A stretch of 63,022 nt of DNA from a virus (taxonomy: Duplodnaviria > Caudoviricetes): IMG/VR virus record IMGVR_UViG_3300037504_000243, positions 1 to 63,022 of that record; one strand, 5' to 3'. Of the stretch, positions 19,023 to 27,896 are shown piece by piece. Made by a program: the position numbers and the translations under genes. The notes beneath the pieces are model-generated. The model did no database searches and was not told where the DNA came from. It saw nothing but the letters and a program-made list of their open reading frames with translations. How positions within the stretch are numbered: the first letter of the stretch is position 1; each line of letters opens with the position of its first letter.

Positions 19023-21534
19023 TGTTGTGGCTGGTAATGCACAGGTTGACGATGTTGTTATAAATTTTACCACCCAAACAAAAGGGGTGAAAGCAGCGCT
19101 ACAGCGAGTAGCGAGAAACATCAAGAAAGTGGGGGATGCTAGTAAGAAGGTTACTAGAGATGTTGACTCCCTAAACGATTTTATTACAGGTCTATCTGGC
19201 CGGTTACAAAGTTATTACTCCGTAGCACAGATCGCAGTCGGTGCCCTTCAAAAAGCGGTAGGTGGCCTAGCGTCTGAGTTTGTCAACGTCGCGGATCAAC
19301 AAGACCGGTTTGTTAATAAGCTGAATGCGTTGACTGACGGTAAAGGTGTTGAGACGTTTGAACGGTTGAATGACTGGGCGCTGGAAATGCCGGTCAATAC
19401 AGCCGAAGCAATCAACGCCTTTACCACTATGAAAGCTTACGGCCTAGACCCCACCCTCGAACAAATGGAAAGCCTGGTTGATGTTAGTGCGGTTTTCGGG
19501 GAGGAGGCTATACCTAGTGTGGCAAGGGCGCTTGGTCAAATGGCGTCGCTTGGGAAGGTGAGTGCCGAGGAGATTAATCAATTAGCTGAGGTAGGTATTA
19601 ACGCTCGAAAAATACTGAGTGATGCCTTTGGCATGACAGTCGAGGAGATACAAAAAAGCAACATCGCTATTGACGAAGTTATACAAGCTATCTGGAATGG
19701 GCTTAAGAGAGATTTTGGAGGTGCGGCTAAAGGTGCAATGGACCAGTGGGGGTCGTTGATAGCCGTGGGCGTTTCGTATTGGAAGGAGTTCGTTAGACTA
19801 GTGGCCAATACGGGCTTATGGGATATGATAAAAGAAAGATTCCGTAGTTTCATCGATTCCATAAGCGAGTTTGTTTCGGGCGGCGGTGCGGCTAAATACG
19901 CTAGAGCTATAGGTGGAGAGCTCATGCGTATAGTCGATATTATCAATATTACGATAGCGGGTATTACGGGTAAAGACGGGATAGCGGGAGCGCTTGATTT
20001 AGTACTAGTTGGAGTAAAAGCCTTGGCCGCTCCGGTAGCGGCGGTGGGTAGATTCTTTTTGAGATGGAAGGTTATTTGGGCGGCGCTGAAGGTTGCGTGG
20101 GGTGAGGTGACCACGTTCATTGCAGATAAGTTGTCATCCGTTGCAGGCTTCTTTTCCGATCTCTCGGAGAGTGTTGGGCTAGAGGGGACTAGTGAAAAGT
20201 TTGACAAGGTGTCTGAGAGCTTGTCAAAGTGGGCGGAGGAGCAAGAGAAAATTAACCCCAGTCGTATGGCTGAGTACGATCACGCTATCGAACAAATAGT
20301 GGCCCTAGAAAATAAGATGACTGAGACGATTGATACTAGAGGTAAGCTTGTTAAAGCTCAAGAGGAAGAGCGGCAGGTAGCGGAAGAGCTAGCCAAAGCT
20401 CTCGAAAAACAAGAAGCGGCACAACAAAAACTAAACCAGACACAGTCAGGGGACCAGTATATAAAAAACGCGGAGGCAGCGAAACAGGCACAAGCTGAAG
20501 TGGTTGACTTACAGGAGAAACACAATAAAGCACTTGCAGAGGTTAAGAAATCAAGAGGTGTGCAAGGTGTAGGTGAGGATCTAGTTAAGGAGGCAGCAAC
20601 CTTTAAGGCCGCTTTGAATATTGAAGAAGAGGCTTACAAAAATCTGGTCGCGGTGCAGCAAGACAAGGCTGCGACCGATGAACAGCTGGCCACTGCCCAG
20701 TTAAAGTTTCAGAAAGCACAAGAGCAAACAGTAGCACTAAGAGAGAAACAGTTTGCACAACAGGTGAAGGAGTCAGAGGCGGCAAAGAAAGAGGCACAAG
20801 CTAAAGCTAAGGCGGCAGAGGCTACACGTAAACAGGCGGAAACTAGTGGTAAAGCCGCTACTAAACAAAGCGAGTTTGGCAACGCCGCCATCCAAGCAGC
20901 TGACAGCGTTGACAACCTCAGTAAGGTGTTAGGTGGTCAAACTGGAGTAGCGCAACAATTATCAGGGGTGATTGAGAGTCTAGTGGTTAAGTACCGAGAC
21001 CTAGCTACAGCGGCTAAGGAGGCGGCGGCAAACGGTATTAGTGGAGGTGGGGGTGATAGCGCTACTGTCAGCGTTCAAGGCAAGGCAAGAGGAGGGATTC
21101 TCAGCATGGCCGAGGGCGGCGCGCTCCCTGGCAGTAGCCCCACCCCCACCTCCGACAACTTGTTGTTTGCTGGTACCGCTGGTGAATATGTACACCCAGT
21201 ATCGTCTGTTAAGTACTACGGCGAACAGTTCATGGACGCGGTGAGAAAAAAGCTGATACCTAGACCTAAAGGGTATGCTTTCGGCGGGTTAATGAGAGCA
21301 CAACGCGGGACTGGTAAAGAGGTTATGTGGTCTGCATTACAAGGCGACCTCAGAAAAAACTGGGGTGGTTGGGGTGCAATGCAGGACTTTGGCCGGGTGG
21401 ATATTAATATGGGTGGTCAGGAAATACCGGTGTGGACTACTAGTGACTATAGCGAGTTACTGAAACAGGCAGTGAAGGACGGTCAGAGTCGAGGAAATAA
21501 ATGGTTTGGCATGTTACCGGACGCGGCTGGGTAA
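18997..21534 (+). CDS. Tape measure protein (probable start GTG 19027)
   Basis: ARALGQMASLGKVSAEEINQLAE tape-measure domain; Ala-rich coiled coil. Confidence 0.92.
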   Translation: MVHRINRSNVVAGNAQVDDVVINFTTQTKGVKAALQRVARNIKKVGDASKKVTRDVDSLNDFITGLSGRLQSYYSVAQIAVGALQKAVGGLASEFVNVADQQDRFVNKLNALTDGKGVETFERLNDWALEMPVNTAEAINAFTTMKAYGLDPTLEQMESLVDVSAVFGEEAIPSVARALGQMASLGKVSAEEINQLAEVGINARKILSDAFGMTVEEIQKSNIAIDEVIQAIWNGLKRDFGGAAKGAMDQWGSLIAVGVSYWKEFVRLVANTGLWDMIKERFRSFIDSISEFVSGGGAAKYARAIGGELMRIVDIINITIAGITGKDGIAGALDLVLVGVKALAAPVAAVGRFFLRWKVIWAALKVAWGEVTTFIADKLSSVAGFFSDLSESVGLEGTSEKFDKVSESLSKWAEEQEKINPSRMAEYDHAIEQIVALENKMTETIDTRGKLVKAQEEERQVAEELAKALEKQEAAQQKLNQTQSGDQYIKNAEAAKQAQAEVVDLQEKHNKALAEVKKSRGVQGVGEDLVKEAATFKAALNIEEEAYKNLVAVQQDKAATDEQLATAQLKFQKAQEQTVALREKQFAQQVKESEAAKKEAQAKAKAAEATRKQAETSGKAATKQSEFGNAAIQAADSVDNLSKVLGGQTGVAQQLSGVIESLVVKYRDLATAAKEAAANGISGGGGDSATVSVQGKARGGILSMAEGGALPGSSPTPTSDNLLFAGTAGEYVHPVSSVKYYGEQFMDAVRKKLIPRPKGYAFGGLMRAQRGTGKEVMWSALQGDLRKNWGGWGAMQDFGRVDINMGGQEIPVWTTSDYSELLKQAVKDGQSRGNKWFGMLPDAAG

Positions 21535-21546
21535 GGCGGTGATGGT

Positions 21547-22041
21547 ATGTCAGTAGTACTAGGTGGGGTTACGTTAGCCGGGTTGGTGTGGTGGGACGAG
21601 TTTAAACCCCACGTTGATACCCGGATACAACCGTCGTTAGGTGGTGGAATCAATATATGGGAGCAAGTGTTACAAAGTAGGCCTATCGATCTGGTTGGCG
21701 GTGGCGATTATGGTTGGCAGAGTAAGTCGACGCTACAGAGTTTATACACTCTAGCTACATCACTTAACACAACGTATGAGTTGAACTATGAAGGGACTAA
21801 GTACCAGGTTAGGTTCAGGCACGAGGACGGAGCTATATCTGCTGAACCTGTAGTGCCGCGACCTAATACAGGGAACACTGACGATTATAGGAACGTTGTG
21901 GTTAGGTTGATGATTATTAGTACTACGGGGACAACCACCACAACCACGACCAGCACTAGTACCACGTCAACGACGACGTCCAGTACAACATCGACCAGCA
22001 CTAGTACCAGCACTAGTACTACAACAACGACCGCACCTTAA
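21547..22041 (+). CDS. Distal tail-like protein with 38-residue Thr/Ser tail ending TTTAP
   Basis: First gene after TMP; W.DE, SLGG, RPIDL, VRFRHE pattern. Confidence 0.72.
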   Translation: MSVVLGGVTLAGLVWWDEFKPHVDTRIQPSLGGGINIWEQVLQSRPIDLVGGGDYGWQSKSTLQSLYTLATSLNTTYELNYEGTKYQVRFRHEDGAISAEPVVPRPNTGNTDDYRNVVVRLMIISTTGTTTTTTTSTSTTSTTTSSTTSTSTSTSTSTTTTTAP

Positions 22042-22057
22042 TCAAGGAGATGACAAT

Positions 22058-23500
22058 ATGGCTATAGTAGCAAGTGATATTAAGTTCAGGAAATCCGCTG
22101 TTGTATCCGACGGTAACAGTAACGGAGGTCGAGCTAGTTACGTTGAGGTGCAGTCAGGAGTACGGCATTCGTTATTCCCTCGTGTGACTAAGGCGCAACG
22201 CACCGACGGAGTGACTAGGTATAGAAAACAATTCTGGTCTAACGAGGATACAGGGGATGAGACGGCATATTCTACCTTGATCTGGTTGGAGCACCCTAGC
22301 AACGGTGGGGATAGGTTCTATTTAGGTAAGGGGTCGCAAGTAGATATCCAGAGTGCGTTGACTGCATATGGTCCAGCTTGGTTAGGGTGCGGATTGTTGA
22401 ACGCAAATCTCACCGCCGGGGTTAGTACTACTGTGGCGGTAGATATGTCTAGCAATGACTATGTGTTTCCGCAAGGCGGGTATATACATATCAGTGACAA
22501 GTTCAGTACTAGCCAAACAATCGCAAGCGGGGTCGATATTGGTGACTCGGTGGAGTGGAGTTCGGGCGCTAGTGAGTGGCAGCTTATAGCGTCAACCGAC
22601 GACATCACGTACCCAAAAGGTCTGTATATTGGTAACAATACCGTGATGACGATTCAGGGTACTAGTAACGAGGAGTGGCTGGAGTTGGCTACCAACCAGT
22701 ATTCGGATGAAGATATCGGAGACGGGGACGGGAGTGACACTAGCCCCACTCTATCTACCTTGACTAACAACACGAACGGTATCAGTACGCAACCAGACTA
22801 CCTCCCAGTTGTTACCGCTACCTGTGGCGGGGTGAGTAGGACTGTTAATGTGGCGGCCGACGGGACGTGTTCAGGTTATTGTTCAACCGGCGAACTCAAC
22901 ATGGCGACCGGAGCCTGGACAACCGATATTACTTGGACTACTGCTCCCGATAACGGTACTGACATCACCATCACGTACTACGAAAACAACTTCTCATACT
23001 CCGGTAATACAGCCACTGTCGAGCTTGCTAGCGGGGTTACCCCGGATAACAGTTACACCGCGTCTAATACTTATGCTAGTGGGTGTGTTAACGCGGGTGA
23101 TGTTGAGGCGTCAACGTCCGACTGGTCAGAAAGCGCAGCCGGGTCTGGGACCTACGACGAATCAACTTATCCACTAACACTTTATAACGACGGCACTGTA
23201 TATGATACCTGGACTATCATGTTCACAGGGGCCGGAGTGTTCTCTATCTCTGGTACTAACGAGGGGGCGGTGGCCACGGGTCAATCCACAGGAGAGGATG
23301 TTAGTCCGACCAACAGTAACACTGGTCAACCATATTTCACTATACTGTCAGCGGGTTGGTCCGGGACCTGGACAACCGGGGATACAATTACATTCACCAC
23401 GTCACCGGCTAAACAACCGCTGTGGTTAAAGCAAGTGGTACCGGCTAGTACTAACTCCGCCGCGAACAACTTATTCACGTTAGGATGGTATACTTCATAA
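22058..23500 (+). CDS. Tail/baseplate structural protein
   Basis: DIKF.KS...NGGR...LFP.V...R..G..RYRK N-terminus; T/S/G-rich beta content. Confidence 0.7.
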   Translation: MAIVASDIKFRKSAVVSDGNSNGGRASYVEVQSGVRHSLFPRVTKAQRTDGVTRYRKQFWSNEDTGDETAYSTLIWLEHPSNGGDRFYLGKGSQVDIQSALTAYGPAWLGCGLLNANLTAGVSTTVAVDMSSNDYVFPQGGYIHISDKFSTSQTIASGVDIGDSVEWSSGASEWQLIASTDDITYPKGLYIGNNTVMTIQGTSNEEWLELATNQYSDEDIGDGDGSDTSPTLSTLTNNTNGISTQPDYLPVVTATCGGVSRTVNVAADGTCSGYCSTGELNMATGAWTTDITWTTAPDNGTDITITYYENNFSYSGNTATVELASGVTPDNSYTASNTYASGCVNAGDVEASTSDWSESAAGSGTYDESTYPLTLYNDGTVYDTWTIMFTGAGVFSISGTNEGAVATGQSTGEDVSPTNSNTGQPYFTILSAGWSGTWTTGDTITFTTSPAKQPLWLKQVVPASTNSAANNLFTLGWYTS

Positions 23501-24129
23501 TGACTCAGCCAAAGATATTGATAACTGGGTGCGGAGCTAGTGGTACTAAGTTCACCACTGAACTACTACGTCAAGCGGGAGTGATGGTGTCTCATGAACG
23601 TATAGGTCCCCGCGGTATGGTGTCCTGGTATGCCGCGCCTGGGTACAAGGTGTGCGGTCGTATTCCGTTTAACGGTCACGCACTGGGGGATTTCTACCCG
23701 GACCCGTACGTAATACTACATCAAACACGCCACCCTCTAGGAGTTATATCGAGTGCTAGTCAAGCCTGGAGCCCTAAAAGCTGGTTGTTTATTTCGCAAA
23801 ATATAGACGTATCCTGGACCCGTAATATGACTCACGCGGCTATGGTGTACTGGCTGAACTGGAACCAGTTGGCTGAAGGTATTTCCCAGCATACTTACCA
23901 GTTGGAGTCACTGTCACAACCAGATATTTGGGCTGAGTTCTGTAAGTGGATTAGACACCCGGAACTAGTTGACAAACGAGAGGAGTTGTTTGGGAGGGTG
24001 AACCGTAATACCAATAGCCGCAAAGACCACTATAAGAAATTGACCTGGCGGGACTTGAAGTTTACAGACCCAAGGTTGGCTGAGGCTGTACAAGCCCAGG
24101 CGGTGAAGTACGGGTATGAGATTGAATAA
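23485..24129 (+). CDS. Sulfotransferase-family protein (probable start 23500)
   Basis: ITGCGASGTKF 5'-PSB-like loop, HE, HQTRHPL.VISS 3'-PB-like motif, YWLNWN; TAATG overlap with the upstream tail gene. Confidence 0.7.
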   Translation: MVYFIMTQPKILITGCGASGTKFTTELLRQAGVMVSHERIGPRGMVSWYAAPGYKVCGRIPFNGHALGDFYPDPYVILHQTRHPLGVISSASQAWSPKSWLFISQNIDVSWTRNMTHAAMVYWLNWNQLAEGISQHTYQLESLSQPDIWAEFCKWIRHPELVDKREELFGRVNRNTNSRKDHYKKLTWRDLKFTDPRLAEAVQAQAVKYGYEIE

Positions 24130-24157
24130 CGTTGCAATGACAGGGTTAGGTTGACCT

Positions 24158-26863
24158 ATGGCTAATGATTTCTCAGGTGACAGTAATTGTGTAGCACTTT
24201 ACAGGTTTGAGAGTGGAGCGTTATTAACCGATAGTCAAGGGTCAAATGATCTATCAAACTCAGGTACTACTCTCTATGCTGATACTGGAAACTACAAAGA
24301 GGGCAGTGCAAGCGGTGACTTTAGCGGCTGTGAGTGTCAGGTTTCGGACGCATTTTTATCTTCAGACTTTCCGATGAAATCAGGAGGTAGTGAACGATCT
24401 TTCACTATTTGTGCTTGGTTCAACCACGACGCTATAGGTGAAGGGACTATCGTTGACTACCTGATACAAAAAACCAACTCGATATCCGCAAACCTACATA
24501 CTAACGCGGGGAGTCCACCACCTTTCACTTTCTATTTCTACCTTTCCGGCGGCGGCAACCAGAGTGTAGCACTAGGTGATTTCACTACTGGTCAGTGGTA
24601 CCACATCGCTGTTACTTACGATAGCTCAGATTATAGTTATAGGATTAGAGTTTACGACGATAACGCAGGGACACAGAAGTTCACTGACAAAACCGGGACC
24701 CTGTCGAGCGCGTTAGCCATTGACTCCACACCGTGGTATATCGGGGCTGGGTCCGCAGCTTACGGCGCGTGGCAAGGGTTGATAGATGAGGTTGTAGTAT
24801 TCAATAGTGTTTTGTCAGCCGATGATATAGACCTTATCAGAGACGGTAGCTATCCCCCTACCTATGACTATGTCCTGTTTGCCGACCACTTAGCGGTCAG
24901 TGGTATGTCAAATCCACCATTGTCGACTAATAGCAAGTTCTTCGCCGACCACTTAGCCGTCCCCAATCTAGCACTCCCACACCTAAACAATCCCTTACAC
25001 TTTTTCGGTGACCATCTAGCCGCGTCAAAAACATACGCCGGGGAAATGATCCAACCTATCCACGTTGACAACCAGACAGTATCGCAACTCTCCAACCCTG
25101 CACTCTACACTAACACACAGTTTTTTGCTGACCATCTAGCGACAAGTTTACTACCGAGTGCGTTGGCTAGCACTGTCTGGTCAGTAGGAGTGCAGAGGTT
25201 GTTAAATCAATTAGGCGACCAAGGGGAGCAGCTAGTAACTGGGGACTTAGGGGTACAGGAGGTCCAACGCTATTTACTGTCACTAGGTATACATGCTCAA
25301 TCAATCCAGCGTGTCCTAGCCACTATTATCGAAGACACCGCACAGTCAATACAACGAGTCCTAGCTACAATCGAGGACACCAATGTGGTCCAGTCTATTC
25401 AGCGCCACTTGCTAACCATACTACCTACCGAGGTTGTATACCGTGAGGTAGAGTATGATATATATCTAGACGGGGTGTCAGTTAAGGATTATTTGACAGG
25501 GGCAGTGGTGGAGTACGACGAGGACTCGATACATAACAAAGTTACCCTGAATGTCAACCCATTAAAATCCGAATACTCACCTCGACACAATATGTGGGAT
25601 AGTGCGGACCCGGACGTGAACAGTGGGGAGTCTAGGATAGAGATACATGTTGGCTCCCGTGTGCTGTATTTTCTAGTCGAGAAAAGGCAAGGGAGCGAGA
25701 GAGGGTTTACTATTGTTGGTCGTAGTCTTACCGCACAAGACGATCAACCGTATAGTGAGTACCAGACCACCACTATCAATACCCCTGAAACAGCGTCGTC
25801 TCTAGCCGGCACCTTGGCCACAAGTCGAGCAGTGGACTGGCAAGCTAACGATTGGGTACTACCTGTTGATACGTTCGAGGCTGAGGGATACCCGGCTAGG
25901 ATTATTAGAGAGATAGCCGAACAAGTCGGGGCCGTGGTCAGGTCCGATGACGCGGGAGATTTTGTAGTTAGGCAAGCGTTACCAGTAAGGCCGATTGACA
26001 TGCAAGGGACTACGGCGGAAGTGAGTTATGATCGAGAAGTGACTCTACTTGAACTCAGCGTCCAAGAGGCTAGAGGGACAGGTCACAACAAGATTACAGT
26101 TGACGGGTATAGTCCAGACGTTGATCTGCCTAAGATCGAGACAGAGGCTGACCCGGACGGGGCGAGAATAGAGGGGGATACAACTTATGTGCGAGTGTAC
26201 TGGTACGACGCAATCCCGTCTAGCGCCCCTAGTAAATATACAACGGATGGGTATTCACAGTACTTGGGTCAGTATACCGAGACGGTTAAAGAGGTGGTGG
26301 AGTTTAGGGACGGGGTGGCTAATCTCTCGTACCCACTGACCTCTCTGATCTACTGCTCATGGATTGGTGATACTAGCACTCTCAATAGTGCTGAAAAGTA
26401 CCAGGGGGAGTTGACGTTAGATGTTGATGACGACGCGTCAATGAGTGATAGGTATCGGGTGGCCGAGGTGAAATATACTACCACGTATTGGAGGTATAAA
26501 CTTTACGGCCATGATGTTGAAAGGCTACTGTTAGTGTTGGACTTAGGGGGTGGTGAGGACGTTACCGTGGATGTGACTATGGGTGACGGGGATAGCGAGG
26601 CCGACAGCGTAGGCGCAGACTGGTTGACCAACGAGTCTGTAGCGGTAGTGAGGGGTAAGTATGAACTAGACCGGACCAGGTATGACAGAAAGGTTATGAC
26701 ACTTAGAGTGCCGTATAACGACGCGGCCAAAGACGGGGTGGTTGTTTCGGTAGATAATGGTGAGCTTAGTGTGAATGGTAGGTGCCATGTGACTAGGTCG
26801 AGGATTATATTTGACGGCCCTATGGTTTTGAATGAACTGGAAGTGGTCAGGTTTTTAGTATAG
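24158..26863 (+). CDS. Tail protein: N-terminal LamG/ConA-like domain, internal repeats, hub-like C-terminus
   Basis: FTICAWF, GQWYHIAVTYD, GLIDEVVVFNSVLS; FADHLA and QSIQR repeats. Confidence 0.75.
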   Translation: MANDFSGDSNCVALYRFESGALLTDSQGSNDLSNSGTTLYADTGNYKEGSASGDFSGCECQVSDAFLSSDFPMKSGGSERSFTICAWFNHDAIGEGTIVDYLIQKTNSISANLHTNAGSPPPFTFYFYLSGGGNQSVALGDFTTGQWYHIAVTYDSSDYSYRIRVYDDNAGTQKFTDKTGTLSSALAIDSTPWYIGAGSAAYGAWQGLIDEVVVFNSVLSADDIDLIRDGSYPPTYDYVLFADHLAVSGMSNPPLSTNSKFFADHLAVPNLALPHLNNPLHFFGDHLAASKTYAGEMIQPIHVDNQTVSQLSNPALYTNTQFFADHLATSLLPSALASTVWSVGVQRLLNQLGDQGEQLVTGDLGVQEVQRYLLSLGIHAQSIQRVLATIIEDTAQSIQRVLATIEDTNVVQSIQRHLLTILPTEVVYREVEYDIYLDGVSVKDYLTGAVVEYDEDSIHNKVTLNVNPLKSEYSPRHNMWDSADPDVNSGESRIEIHVGSRVLYFLVEKRQGSERGFTIVGRSLTAQDDQPYSEYQTTTINTPETASSLAGTLATSRAVDWQANDWVLPVDTFEAEGYPARIIREIAEQVGAVVRSDDAGDFVVRQALPVRPIDMQGTTAEVSYDREVTLLELSVQEARGTGHNKITVDGYSPDVDLPKIETEADPDGARIEGDTTYVRVYWYDAIPSSAPSKYTTDGYSQYLGQYTETVKEVVEFRDGVANLSYPLTSLIYCSWIGDTSTLNSAEKYQGELTLDVDDDASMSDRYRVAEVKYTTTYWRYKLYGHDVERLLLVLDLGGGEDVTVDVTMGDGDSEADSVGADWLTNESVAVVRGKYELDRTRYDRKVMTLRVPYNDAAKDGVVVSVDNGELSVNGRCHVTRSRIIFDGPMVLNELEVVRFLV

Positions 26864-26894
26864 GTTAGGTATAGGTATAGATCATGTTTGGTAG

Positions 26895-27116
26895 GTGGTT
26901 ATGGCTGACATTATGAGTGGGGTTGTGACTAGAGCACTGTCAGGCGGTAGGTATAAAGTCCGTTCGCGTGGTAAGGTTTATACTGTTAAAGGACAAGGGC
27001 ACAGCCTCAATGTTGGTTCGTCCTGTATCGTTAACCGGTCAGGTAATGGCTGGGTAGTGGTAGGGTCGGGCAAAACTAAACGGCGGAGTACCACCACGGT
27101 AACAGTTACAGGTTAG
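26895..27116 (+). CDS. Small basic beta-rich tail protein
   Basis: ORF in the tail operon. Confidence 0.55.
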   Translation: MVMADIMSGVVTRALSGGRYKVRSRGKVYTVKGQGHSLNVGSSCIVNRSGNGWVVVGSGKTKRRSTTTVTVTG

Positions 27117-27125
27117 GTTAGGTTA

Positions 27126-27896
27126 ATGAGCGAGCAAGTACAAAGTATTAGTTTCTCAGGTGCGGGAAGTAACACTGCTATCAAGGCGGAACTCGACAGT
27201 GTATTCAACGACTCAGCCTCCCAGTTTGCCTACAAGGAGTCGGCTTATTTCCGTGTCTACCCCTACCCCGACAACCTCGCTATCACTATCACCCCCTCTG
27301 CCGGTGAGGTTTACGGGGCCGGGGATGGGAGTTACACTGTCACAGAGACAGTTACATTCGACGACACCAACCTAGCCGCAACCACATATCCGATACAGAG
27401 TATTGTCAGTACGTCGTGGTACGGCAACGACCTAGGCGGGGTTGTCAGTAAGGGTAACACCACTATTCAATCCTCCAAGTCTGGGATAGGGGTGTTGTCC
27501 ATCACATACACCTCATACTTTAAACGCTTCCGAGTTAGATTAGATACGCAAAGTGAATCAACCTTCCCAGTACTGTTGTCGATACAAGGCGGGACTGACA
27601 GTGACGATGACAGACCTAGTACCTCCCTCACTGTCACGTTTTACCAAACCTCAACAACAACCACGGACTATTTGTTTACCGTGCAAAACTACTGTACTGA
27701 CACCGCTATCAGCGGGGTGGGTGTTTACATTGACGGGGTTAAGGTTGGTACCACTGACAGCAACGGCCAGGTAACCTTGAGTGACGCCGTGGTTGGTGAA
27801 AGCTATACCGCGTATGTGAGTGAGGGCGGGTATAGAGTTTTTGAGGCAACGTTTACGGTGCCCACCCCCTCAACCGACGATAGCGAGGCGTGTTAG
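27126..27896 (+). CDS. Tail protein with C-terminal Ig/PEGA-like domain
   Basis: ISGVGVYIDG...GTTDSNGQVTL. Confidence 0.6.
   Translation: MSEQVQSISFSGAGSNTAIKAELDSVFNDSASQFAYKESAYFRVYPYPDNLAITITPSAGEVYGAGDGSYTVTETVTFDDTNLAATTYPIQSIVSTSWYGNDLGGVVSKGNTTIQSSKSGIGVLSITYTSYFKRFRVRLDTQSESTFPVLLSIQGGTDSDDDRPSTSLTVTFYQTSTTTTDYLFTVQNYCTDTAISGVGVYIDGVKVGTTDSNGQVTLSDAVVGESYTAYVSEGGYRVFEATFTVPTPSTDDSEAC

Noticed and set aside
27126-27896. Fifth T-tailed protein
   Set aside because: TSTTTT is short and internal, and the C-terminus is not TTTAP
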